NCBI GenBank assembly: GCA_963674965.2 | Contig: CAXXFL010000005.1 | Coordinates: forward strand, 480,001 to 544,000 | Source of the DNA: a bacterium | GTDB taxonomy: Bacteria; RBG-13-61-14; DATKZS01 | DNA length: 64,000 nucleotides | Reading direction: 5' to 3' | Part shown: piece after piece, positions 29,538 to 41,400 of the stretch | Layout of the letters: the number at the start of each line of letters is the position of its first letter | How positions within the stretch are numbered: position 1 is the first letter of the stretch | Position numbers and translations under genes: made by a program | Notes under the pieces: model-generated | Told to the model about the DNA's origin: nothing | The model's database searches: none | What the model saw: the letters and a program-made list of their open reading frames with translations, nothing else

Positions 29538-32096
29538 ATGAAAGGGTTTTTTAAATATTTTGGCGCTTTTTTAATTCTGGCCGCGGCCGTGGTCGCTTGG
29601 GGCGCTTTTATACCGACCGCCAACGCGGCCACTTGCGGCGTGGGGGTCTGCGGAGACGGTTTCCTTGACGCGGGCGAGGAATGCGACGATGGCAACCTCA
29701 CCCCTGGAGACGGCTGCTCCGCGGACTGCACGGAGTCTTTCAACATGGTGGTGGGTAGCCCGCTCATTAACTATTCCGGTGATCAGCCTAGGCCCATGCT
29801 CGCGGTGGACCTAAACAACGACGGCATAAAGGACTTGGTCGTGGGCACGGGTTATTCCGCTTTTCTTCACGTCTATCTGATCAGTGAAGAGGGAGACCTG
29901 ATACCGACGGCGACCTATTCCATGGGCAGCTTCGTTTACTGGATGGCCTCGGGGGATCTTAACGGCGATCATTTCACCGACTTGGTGACGGTGGACATGA
30001 ACACCGACCAGATGCATATCTTCTTTGGAAACGGCGACGGCACGCTCGCCTTGGCCACAATCTTTTATCCCGGCGACCGTCCCTGGTCGGTCTCGGTCGG
30101 GGACGTGAACCATGACGGATTCGAGGATATCGTGGTGGCCACCCGCAACACTCATCGTTTCGTGGTGTACCATGGGGACGGGGCGGGCAACTTTACCCAG
30201 GACCTTTCCATCGACACGGGCGGCGACACGAAAATCTCGGCTATAACCGACCTTGACAACGACGGCTATAACGATCTTATCCTGGGGTCGGGCGACGAGA
30301 CTTACGGCGTTCCTTCCCTCAAGACCTACTTCGGGTCCCAAGATGGACTTACCCTTAACCAGACGCTCGCCACCGACGGTCTTATCTCCGGCATAAGCGT
30401 GATAGACCTCGACCACGACGGATACATGGACCTGATCACCGCCGGCGGCAGTATGGTTCGCGCTTATTTGAACCTTGGTAACGGGGATTTTTCCCTCGCC
30501 ACGGCCGAGAATACCGGCGATAGAGGCTACAGGATGGACCTGGCTGACTTCGACAATGACGGCAACAAGGACGTTACCCTTCGCGCCCGTGACACGAGCG
30601 AAATGAGAATCCTTCTCGGCGACGGCATGGGATGGTTCAAGGACGTCTGGCATTACCGGGTGTCCTCCGCGGCGGAGCCTGGCATGGGTCTGGCCCTCGA
30701 CCTCGACCGGGACGGCGTGCCCGACGCGCTGGTCTCGGTAATGGGCGACTCGAACCTCGTCCCCATTTACAACCATAATTATTACCAGTTTCCGAGGTGC
30801 GGGGACTCCCGGATAGGGAGAGGAGAGAACTGCGATGACGGCAACTCGGAGAGCGGCGACGGCTGCTCTTCGGTTTGCCGTCTCGAGTCCACGGGCGACA
30901 CGGACGGCGACGGCCTGACCGACGGCGAGGAGACGGTCGTTTACTTAACGGACCCTCTTAACCCGGACACGGACGGGGACTGCGTCTTCGACGGGGAGGA
31001 GGTCTGCTCGGGCGCGGACCCCCTCGATCCCGCGGACCAGGAAGGCTGCCAGGCCATCGTCGCCCCCGAGGGACGGTGGAGGATCAAAGTGACCCTGCTC
31101 GAGGCCTCGGCCGGGCTGTCCTCCGACGTCTACCTGGCCGAGCCGGCCGTCGAGCGCCTGATCGTGAACAGCCTTAAAAACGTGGGCAAGATCACCGTGA
31201 CCGACGTTGTCGGAGGCGACCCGGTGTCCTTCTTCGTCAGGGTGGACGGAAGACCCTGGGGACTGGGAAAATACGATCATTACTCCGATTCCGAGTTCGG
31301 CCGCGTGGCCAGAATCGACGCTTATACTTATACCGTCGGCTTCGAGGACCTGCCCGTGGACATGGCCGACTGGGACTTCGACGACGTGGTGATCCTGGTC
31401 GAGTTCATCCCTATCGACCCCGCGGTGGGAATAGCCGTCAACGCCCTCTCCGAGTTCGAGATCACCAAAAAGACCGACCTGGCCGATGAAACCAGCGTGA
31501 CCCTGGACTTTGACGGCCACTCCTCACTCAAGGTCCCCAGGTCCGTCCTGTCCGACCAGGTGGGCATAACCCTCACCGCCGGCCTGCCCGAAAAATATAT
31601 GGACGTCTGGGAGCCGAACATTTTAGGAGGGTTCCGCAAGATTCTCTTGACCAACGGGGCGACCACGACCTCGGAGCCCATCCAGATAAGCGTCCTGTAC
31701 GAGGACTCGAACGACGACGACATGCTGGACGGCACGATCATATATGAGGACGAACTGAAAATCTTTCTTTACGACGAGGAAAAAGCCGAATGGATGGCGC
31801 TTCCCTCCTCCGTGGACGCCAACGCCAACCTGGTGACCGCGGCAAGCGTCAGGCTTTCTCTGGTGGCTATTGGCGCGAGTCCGACCCACAAGGGTAAAGA
31901 CCACGCCGGTACCGTAAACGACGGCGGATGGTTCGGATGTTCCCTTACCTCCCATGACGGTGGAGCCAAAGGCCCGTGGGCGGCTTGGCAGATTCTGCTT
32001 ATTCCCGCCCTGGCGTGGCCGGCCGTAACCGTCTTGAAAAGGAAGGCAAGGCCTGAAGGCGCGCGCGCCAAGGGCAAAGCCCATGGGAATCCGTAA
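29538..32096 (+). CDS. Secreted surface protein: Cys-rich repeats, FG-GAP/VCBS propeller, Ca-binding repeats, C-terminal sorting signal
   Basis: Signal peptide from ATG 29538; two CGD...CDDGN...DGCS..C repeats; DLNxDG repeats; GFED...DWDFDD; GGWFGC + TM + KRK tail. Confidence 0.88.
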   Translation: MKGFFKYFGAFLILAAAVVAWGAFIPTANAATCGVGVCGDGFLDAGEECDDGNLTPGDGCSADCTESFNMVVGSPLINYSGDQPRPMLAVDLNNDGIKDLVVGTGYSAFLHVYLISEEGDLIPTATYSMGSFVYWMASGDLNGDHFTDLVTVDMNTDQMHIFFGNGDGTLALATIFYPGDRPWSVSVGDVNHDGFEDIVVATRNTHRFVVYHGDGAGNFTQDLSIDTGGDTKISAITDLDNDGYNDLILGSGDETYGVPSLKTYFGSQDGLTLNQTLATDGLISGISVIDLDHDGYMDLITAGGSMVRAYLNLGNGDFSLATAENTGDRGYRMDLADFDNDGNKDVTLRARDTSEMRILLGDGMGWFKDVWHYRVSSAAEPGMGLALDLDRDGVPDALVSVMGDSNLVPIYNHNYYQFPRCGDSRIGRGENCDDGNSESGDGCSSVCRLESTGDTDGDGLTDGEETVVYLTDPLNPDTDGDCVFDGEEVCSGADPLDPADQEGCQAIVAPEGRWRIKVTLLEASAGLSSDVYLAEPAVERLIVNSLKNVGKITVTDVVGGDPVSFFVRVDGRPWGLGKYDHYSDSEFGRVARIDAYTYTVGFEDLPVDMADWDFDDVVILVEFIPIDPAVGIAVNALSEFEITKKTDLADETSVTLDFDGHSSLKVPRSVLSDQVGITLTAGLPEKYMDVWEPNILGGFRKILLTNGATTTSEPIQISVLYEDSNDDDMLDGTIIYEDELKIFLYDEEKAEWMALPSSVDANANLVTAASVRLSLVAIGASPTHKGKDHAGTVNDGGWFGCSLTSHDGGAKGPWAAWQILLIPALAWPAVTVLKRKARPEGARAKGKAHGNP

Positions 32097-32222
32097 CCGT
32101 TTCGAGAAGAAGAGTGAGACGCCAGGGCCGTAAGCCGAGCGACCACTCCTCAGAACCCGAACCGTCTTTAATATGAAAATGGGATGCCGAGACTTTTAAA
32201 GCCAAGCACCTACCATCCAGAC

Positions 32223-32257
32223 AAGGGGGCGTCATCAGGCGCCCCCTTAAACTTTTT
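32223..32257 (+). terminator. Probable intrinsic terminator
   Basis: AAGGGGGCG / CGCCCCCTT stem followed by AAACTTTTT. Confidence 0.65.
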
Positions 32258-32420
32258 CGCTCCAGCCCGCCTAATGGATTGAATAACGCTTTGGCGTCAT
32301 GCTAATATATTGAGCAAGCGGTCAGCGGCAGGGTAACATTTACATCAATAGACGCGCCGCCCACTTGAGGCGGCATTCTCAATATTTTATCAGGTTCCTT
32401 ACGATCGACAGGAGACGACC

Positions 32421-35400
32421 ATGAAAGCTATCCCGCTTGCCTTCCTTCCCGTCTTTTTCCTCGCGCTCCTTCTGGCGCCTTTAACCGGTTTTGCTCAGGA
32501 CTCGGACGGCGACGGCATGCCCGACCTTTTCGAGATCAACATGGGCTGCCTCCGGGTGAACGTTCCCGACGGCGACCGGGACCCCGACCGCGACGGGGCC
32601 ACCAGCCTCGAGGAATACAATAACTCGACATATCCGCTCTCGATCGTCAACCCTTGCACTCCGGATACGGACATGGACGGCCTGCCCGATGGATGGGAGC
32701 TGGACAACGGGACTGACCCACTCTCCGTGGACGTGGACCTGGACCTGGATGGGGACACCCTGTCCAATGGGATCGAGTACATGATGGGGACCAACGCCAA
32801 TAACGTGGACTCCGACGGCGCGGGTATCGAGGACGGCGACGAGGTACCCATCGGCTGGGACCCGGCCAGCCCCCTCGACGACTACTCCGAGACCCAGTAC
32901 GAGGCCTACAGCGCGACAGCCAACAATAGCGCTGCCCAATATTGCCGAGGCCTGCAATTCCGGGCCGATGAGGGGACCATACTCACCAGCTACGGCCATT
33001 ACCTCAATCCCCAGGCCGGATCGACGCTTTTCTTCACCGTCTGGGAAGGGAATACCCTGAACGGGACGGTGAATAAGATTTTCGAGAAACGGGACGACAA
33101 CGTGGCCGGCGGGGTGGATTGGTATGAATCGGGCGATATAAACGCCGTCTTCGAGCCCGGGAAATACTACGAGGTCGTCACCTGCTGGAGGCAGGCGACC
33201 TATTATTACGGCACGGGCGGAAGCTTCGGCCCCACCCATTTCGGCGAGATGGTCGGGTCCGTGACCAGGAACGCGATGAGCTTTCCCCTGCCGGACTCCT
33301 TTTCCTTCAATCACTCGGCCAATACCAAGTATTGTATGCGCGCCAACTTCTGTGAGTCCGGATGCTTTCCCGCCGGCGTGGCCATCCTCCGCGACGCCCA
33401 GAGCTGGTCCAGCGCCAACACGGACCTCCTGGACCTGTTCAACGTGCCTTACTCGATATTCGGCGGGTCCCAACTCTCGGGCGCCGACTACTCGATATTC
33501 GACAAAATCCTCATCGAGTCCGCCCAGGACGAGGACTTCTACCAGGACCTGGAAACCAACCGGACCGCCGTCGAAGAGCGCGTGGAAGACGGCGCCGACC
33601 TCGAGTTCCACGGCGCCGACCCCGAGGGGTTCTGGCATGAAAGCTACCTTATCCCGACGGGAATAGACGGGCCCTTCTCGGAACGAAACGCCCTTGATTT
33701 CACCGCGTCCGCCGATTGGCACTGGGCTAAAATTGGCGCCGAGGACGACGGACTGGACGGCTGGAACTATTCCGCCTACGGCTACATAGGCTCCGCGGGA
33801 GGCGACACGCCAACCCCGCTGGTACTGGACTCCTCGTCCGAGGCGGTGCTCTCGGCCTTCAACTACGGGCAAGGCCAGGTCATCGCCGCCACCATGAGCC
33901 TGGAAAAAGCCGCCGACTCCGCCTCACCCCTCGGCGACGGCCCGGCCCTGCTCCGCAACCTCCTGCTCCACGAGGACAAGGAGGACATATCTCCGGAAAT
34001 TTGTCCAAGCGCCCTCAGCGACGTTCCTTTCCTCGGCGGAACGTCCACCACTGCCACCTACCTGTTCCGAGGCCACAAGTATCTCGTGACGACCCCCAGC
34101 GCGCTCTACGAGTTCAAGCAAAGACTTAACCTTTCCGGAACCACCGATTTGACTTACGTCGTGCTCGAGTCGGATTCACAGGACGGCCAGTACCAGAAAG
34201 TTTGGCAAAAAACCGTAAGCCACGCCCCCCAGGGCATTGAATGGTACGGCTCCGGCTATATCGGTATCGAGATGGAGGAGGGAAAATTTTACGCCATGGT
34301 CACGGGCTGGGCCACATTGAACGGCAGTTATTACTATCAGGCGAGTACCCTGCCAAGGCCCGTCAGCTTCGGGACCGCCGCGGCCGGAGCCGCCTACGCG
34401 GGAAACCCCTTGCCCGACCCCGTTTCTTTTGCCGCCACCACGAGCGCCTATCCGCAGGAGGTCATAACCCAGCCACTCGTTACTCCGCCTTTGCCCGAGT
34501 CACTAAAGTGCGTGATCCTGGACTCCGACGGCGACGGGTTCTCCGACTCCCTCGAGACCATATACTCGACCGATCCCGCGACGCCCGACACCGACGGCGA
34601 CGGACTCCCCGACATGTGGGAATATCTCATCGGCTTCAATCCCACGAGTCCCCTGCCCGAGGGCCTGTTTGACGACGATCTCGACGGTCTTTTCAACCTG
34701 GAGGAATACCACTACGGGACCAACCCCTTTGACGACGACTCCGACGGCGACGGATGGACCGACGACTACGAAATACTGGTCGGGACCGACCCCCTCACGG
34801 ACGACACGGCGGACGATCCCGACGGTGACGGCCTTACCAACTTCTCGGAAATAATTTTCCACTCGACCTTTCCCGACGATCCCGACTCCGACGACGACGG
34901 TCTTGACGACGGCTACGAGGTCAATACCTCGGGCACGGACCCTCTCAATCCCGACTCCGACTACGACGGCCTGCCCGACGGCTTCGAGGACGACTATAGC
35001 TCGTGCCTTGACGCCCTCAGCGTCGATAACCGCAACCTCGATCCCGACTCCGATTACCTGACCAACTTCGAGGAATTTATCCTCGGGCTCGATCCCTGCG
35101 TCTTCTCCGACTCCGACTCCGACGGCATGCCCGACGGCTTCGAGCTCCTTCACGCCGCCTGCGGGCTCGATCCCTTCTTCTCCGACGGAGCGGACGACCC
35201 GGACCTGGACTCTATATCGAACTTAAACGAGTACCTCTTCTCCTTCGACATGGACCCATGCTCGGACGACACCGACTCCGACCAGATGCCCGACGACTAC
35301 GAGATGGCCGCCTCCTGCCTGTCGCCCCTTTTGTACGAGGCCTACGAGGACCCCGACGCCGACGCGGTGGACAGCCTCATAGAGTACGGACAGGGGTTCG

Positions 35401-38400
35401 ATCCCTGCACGTTCGAGGATACCGACGCCGACGGCATGTCGGACCCGTGGGAAGCAAGCTACGGCTGCATGAGCCCCAACACGGCCGACTCCCAGGCGAG
35501 CGACCCGGATATTGACACCCTGACCAATATCGTCGAGTTCATCAACGGGTCCAACCCATGTCTCGCCGACACGGACGGCGACGGGCTGACTGATCCCCAG
35601 GAAATACTCAGCCTTCTGACCGACCCGGCCCACCCGGACTCCGACGGAGACGGGCTCTCCGACAGCGAGGAGGCGTGGTTCTATCTCTCCTCCCCCCTCG
35701 TCGCCGACTCCGACGGAGACGGACTGGGAGACGGCTTCGAGGCCGGCGTGGTCGTGGCCGTCGGGCCCAACGGGACCCTTGACTCCGCGCCCGCCGCGGG
35801 AGACTCGGTCAAACCCTTCTCCATCCGACTGGGAGCGGACATGCTGCCCGATACCCAGGCAATGGGAGACGACGTACAGATAATCGAGACGACCCTTACC
35901 GTGCCCAGGCTGTTCATCACCAACCCAAACAAGGCCGACTCGGACATGGACGGCATCGACGACCAACTCGAAATGATCAAGGGCGCCCACCCCATGAACT
36001 CGGATATAACCACCGCCGTCTTCGCGCCGGCCTTCCGGCTGACTTACGGAAATCAGGGAGCAGGACTCTCCAATCTGGATTGGGCCGACTCGGATAACGT
36101 TTACGGACTGGCGTGGAGCGACCCGAAAAGCGGGCCGGTCGGCAACGGTGAAATCTATTACCAGGCAATACTCGAAAGCGGAGACACCACCGACTTGCCC
36201 ACCCGGATCACCTTCGATACCGTCATGACCGATGGACCCGCTCTCGCCTGGTCCGGCTCCGAGTTCGGACTGGTATGGGAGGATGGAAACAGCGGCTACG
36301 AGATTTATTTCAGAAGACTCGACTCCAGCGGGACCCCCCTCGGGTTCTCCCTCAGGATCACTTACGACGCCACTTCATCTCACGATCCCTCCATAGTCTG
36401 GACCGGCTCCGAGTACGCAGTCGCATGGAAGGACGGAGGAGGGGCCTACCAGGAAGTTTATTTCGCCCGAGTCTCCGGATCAGGCCTGGCCGCGGGAAAT
36501 ACCATACTCCTCTCCAGCCAGGCCCAGGCATACGAGCCGAAAATTAACTGGAACGGGTACGAGTACGCCGTCTCCTGGTACGACGTCTCGGACGGGCAAT
36601 ACCACATGAGAAGACTCTATCCCGACGGGTCGCCAAAGGAACCGGCGGTTACCGTTCCCGGAAACCTCTCTATATGGACCGGCTCAGAATACGGCGTAGC
36701 CTATGAAAACACGGTTGACCAAAACACGGAAATTTACTTCCAGCGCCTCGCCCCCGACGGATCGGCCTTGAGCGAAGAGGAAAGGATTTCCTTCGGACTC
36801 CTCGACTCGACCGATCCCCAGGTCGCCTGGAACGGGACCGACTTCATCGTGGTCTGGATGGACCAGAAGGACGGAAACGACGAAATCTATTACGCCGCCG
36901 TCGATCGATACGGCAAGAGGGCCGGGCTGCCTAACCGTTTCACTTACACCGGCGGGGACTCGAGGTTTCCTCAGGTTGTCTGGACTGGCGAGGAACACGG
37001 CCTGGCTTTCATCGAGCACGAATACGGGCCATATCCCGAGGTGGACTTCGCCAACCAGGGCGACTCCGACGGAGACGGCCTTCGAGACGCCATCGAGAAT
37101 TCCATCTCCTGCTCCGACGCCTATGACCACGACTCCGACGGCGACGGCCTTCTTGACGGACTCGAGGACTTGAACGGCGACGGGATTTTCGATCCCCTTA
37201 CCGAGACCGATCCCTGCGATCCCGACACCGACGACGACGGCTTCACCGACGGGGAGGAGGACGCCGACCACGACGGAGTGGTCGACCCGTCCGAGACCGA
37301 CCCCAAGTCCGACGACACCGACGGCGACGGCTTGTCCGACCTCGAGGAAACAACCGAGGGAGAAGACGGATGGATTACCGATCCCGTCGATAATGACTCG
37401 GACGACGACGGCGTAAACGACGGAGACGAGGTCCAGAACGGATCCAATCCACTTTACGCCGCCGTCTATCCCCGGATAATCAAGTACGGCGGGGAAAATA
37501 GAATTACCTACGATTACTACTGGGATAGAAACCCGAAAATGGCATGGACCGGAAGCGAGTTCGGAATAACCTGGATGGGACTATCCACATCCACCGAGCG
37601 AGTCAAGTTCATGAGATTGGCCCTTGACGGCTCCACCCTGCAAACGCCGCTTATCATAAATACTCCAAACCTGGTCGACGCCGGATACCCGGATATCGCG
37701 TGGAACGGGAACGAGTTCGCCATCGTATTCGAGAATACCGCCTTCGAGGAAATATACTTCGCCCGCGCCTCCGCCCAAGGGACCGAGATCGGCGACGAAA
37801 TCAGACTGACAAACGACTCCGGAGGCGACTACGATCCTCGACTCGAGTGGTCGGGTTCGGCCTACGGCGTCGTTTGGGAAGGATCGCCCGCTTACTCGTC
37901 GGCCATGTTCCTGCTGGTTGGAGAGGACGGCTCCACGGTGGACCTCCCGCAAATGATTTCGACCGAGCCCTCCAGCTCACGAAATCCATACATCGACTGG
38001 ACCGGCTCCGTGTTCGGTTTCGCCTGGAACGAAAGGTATTCCACCAAAATGGGCTATCACTTCGCCTCCCTCAGCCAGGGGGGAACCATCGTCGAGTCCG
38101 GCTCCAGGATTACCTATGACGACAACCAATGGGACGGCGACCTGGCCTGGGGAGACTCGAACTTCCTGGTTACCTACGTCGTGAGCATGGGCGGCGACAG
38201 TGAGTTGTACTTCCTCGGGCTGGCGGAGGACGGCTCGACCCTGGGCGTCCAGCAAAGGCTGACATACGGCCCGGCCGGGTACGACTCCTACTGCCCGAGC
38301 GTCGCCTGGACCGGAAACGAGTTCGGCGTCGCGTGGGCCGACGACCGCGACGGAGGCGATACCGAGATTTACTTTACGCCTATCGGAGCCGACGGCTCCA

Positions 38401-41400
38401 CCAACGGGGCGCCCTTCCGTATAACCTTTGCCCCGGGCAGCTCCTATAACCCCGACCTTGTATGGATCGGTACCGAGTACGCCCTGGTGTGGGACGAAAA
38501 CCGACACGACGAATGGTATGACGATCTGTACTTCTTAAGGTTCAATTACGACACCGACGGCGACGCCATAATCGACGCGCTCGAGGACGGGCTGGCAACG
38601 GAAAAACGAAACTGGGACACCGACGGCGACGGCCTCTCCGACGGCGAGGAACTCTGTTACGACGGCGTATGCCTCGCCTACGCCGACGGCTTCGATCCCG
38701 ATCCCAACGATCCCGACACCGACGGCGACGGCCTGACCGACTACGACGAGGTCAAGGTCTATTTCACCAATCCCGCATCCTCCGATACCGACGGCGACGG
38801 CATGGACGACAAGTGGGAGTTGGATAATGGACTCTCCCCCGCCTCGGACGACGCGGATGGAGACCCCGACGGCGACGAGCTGTCAAATCTGCTCGAATAC
38901 CTCAATGGGACCGACCCCAACGACCCTGACTCCGACGACGACGGCATGGACGACGAGTGGGAAGTAAGCTACTCCTGCATGATGGCCAACACCGTGGACA
39001 ACACGGCCGACTACGATTTCGACGCCCTTCCCAATTTCAGCGAGTATATCCAGGACAGGGACCCATGCGACTTCGAGTTGCCGCCCGATTCGTCCTGCGC
39101 CCTCGACTCGCCCAATCCAACCAACGGCGACACCATAGGCCTGACCTATTCCGTCGATACCGAGCACGCCTACGTCTACCTTTATCAATCCATAGGCGGC
39201 GGACCCTACGCTCCCGCGGCCACTCCCAAGACCGGAGCGCTGGCCGGAAGGTTCACCGTCAGTACGACGCCTGGAGTGGACCAAGTAAGGTCCTTCTATA
39301 CCATCGCAACCCTCTCGGCCCTCGTCATCGAGGACCCGCCATCCTCGCCCGACGCCACCGTCGTGGTCGACAAAACCACGCCCATTTCCTACGTGAGCGC
39401 GGCTCCTTCTTTCGCGCCGGACGAGACCTTTCCGATCGAGTTCCTGTGCGACGACCTCGAGGCCCAGTCGCGCCTGTACTACCGCAAGGACGGCGGGGGG
39501 TGGACGGACTCGGGTCTGGGGCTGTTGGCGGGGGACTCGGGGACTTTCAGCTTCACGCCGGCGGGCGAGGGGACTTACGATTTTTATACCATCGCCGGCG
39601 ACCCGGCGGGGAACATCGAGGACCCGCCCACCTTCCCCGACAAGGACGCCACCACCGTGGTCGACGACTCGCCGCCCGCCGTTCCGGTCGTGATCGACGA
39701 CGGGACTTATACGGGTTACACCGACCGCTTTCACGCGACGTGGACGTGCGGGGGGGACAGCGTTTCGGGCATAGTGAGATACTACTACGCCATCGGGACG
39801 TCCGTTGGCTCGACGGTGATTGCGGGTTGGACCTCTAATGCCACGCTGACGGAGGTGACCAGGTTCGGGCTCGAGCTCGAGGACGGGTCGAGTTACTTTA
39901 TCGGGGTGAGGGCCGTTAACGGGGCGGGGCTTACGAGCGTGGGGTGGTCCGATGGGATACTCGTCGACTCGAGGGGGCCGGAGATCGCCTGGTCGTCGCC
40001 GGCGCATCGGGAGATCGTGAACGACGACATGCCGCCCGTGGACTTGCCGGTCAGTATAAACTTCATCGACCCGGGCGGGGCGGGGATCGACTGGGCGAGC
40101 CTCGAGATGGTGCTCGACTTCAGCACCGTGCAGAGCTTCAGCCAGGACGGGGACACGGTGAGCTTCGACGCGCTGGCCCTCGACCTGGGCAACCACGTGG
40201 TGAACGTGCAGGTCGCGGACCTGGCGGGGAACGGTCTTAACCGGAACGTCATCTTCGTGGTCGAGGACCCGCGGCGGGTGATAATCAATCCGGTATACGT
40301 GGAATGGGCCCCGGGCGACGGGGACGCGACCTTCGTGGCCGACGGCGGCACCGGCGCGTACCGGTGGGCGGCGACGGGCGGGGCGCTCGATTCCTTCACC
40401 GGGGCCGAGGTTGTCTTCACGCCGGGCCCCGAGGCGGGGGCCTACGTGGTGGCGGTTTCTGACGCCAAGCTGGTGAGCGCGCAGGCGACGATCATCATCT
40501 CTGGCGAGGTCGAGGTGGCCCCGGCGGTGGTCCGCCTGAGCGCGGGCTCGGCGGCGACCTTCACCGCCTCGGGCGGTAGCGGCGACTTCAGTTGGACGGT
40601 CAACGGCGGCTCTTGCGTATTGTCGGGCGAGCGCGATGAAACGTGTTCGTATACGGCCTTCGAGTCGAGCGGGCAGTACTCGGTGAAGGCGCAGGCGGGC
40701 TCGGGCGAGAGCTTCACCAGCCGCGTGATCGTCACCGATCCGGTGGGCCGGGCCATCGTGGTGGTGGGCGGCGGCCTGGTGGACTCGAACCGTCAGGTCG
40801 AGGCTCTGAACTCCCTTGGCCACCTCGCCTACGAGACCCTTTTGGCTCGCGGCTTCGAGCCGGACCAGATCATGTACCTCAATCCCGACGCGACCCAGGC
40901 CTACGACGGCGACGGCGACGGCTACGCGGACGACGTGGACGGCGCGCCCACCCCGGCCGCTCTGCAGGCGGCCATCCTGGATTGGGCCACCGCCGACCTG
41001 GGGGTGGACAACCCGGGCGTGGGTCCGGGCGTGCCGCTCATTATCTACATGGTCGACCACGGCGGCGACGACTCGTTCCTCATCAACTTCACGGCCGCGG
41101 GCGCGGGCCAGGAGGTGACCCCCACCCAGCTCGACTCGTGGATCGACGCGGTGCAGGGGGGCGACACCTCGAACCCGAACGGGGTAGACGTGGTGGTGAT
41201 TTACGACGCCTGCCGGTCGGGCAGCTTCCTGGACGAGGTGGGCGGCGGCGGTTCCGACCGTATCGTGATCACCAGCTCGGCGTCCTCGGAGAGCGCATAC
41301 TTTGGCGTATCGGGCACGATCAGCTTCAGCCAGTTTTTCTGGCAGCGGGTCCGGACGGGCGCCACTCTCAAGTCGGCCTTCAACGACGCGGCGGCGGCGC

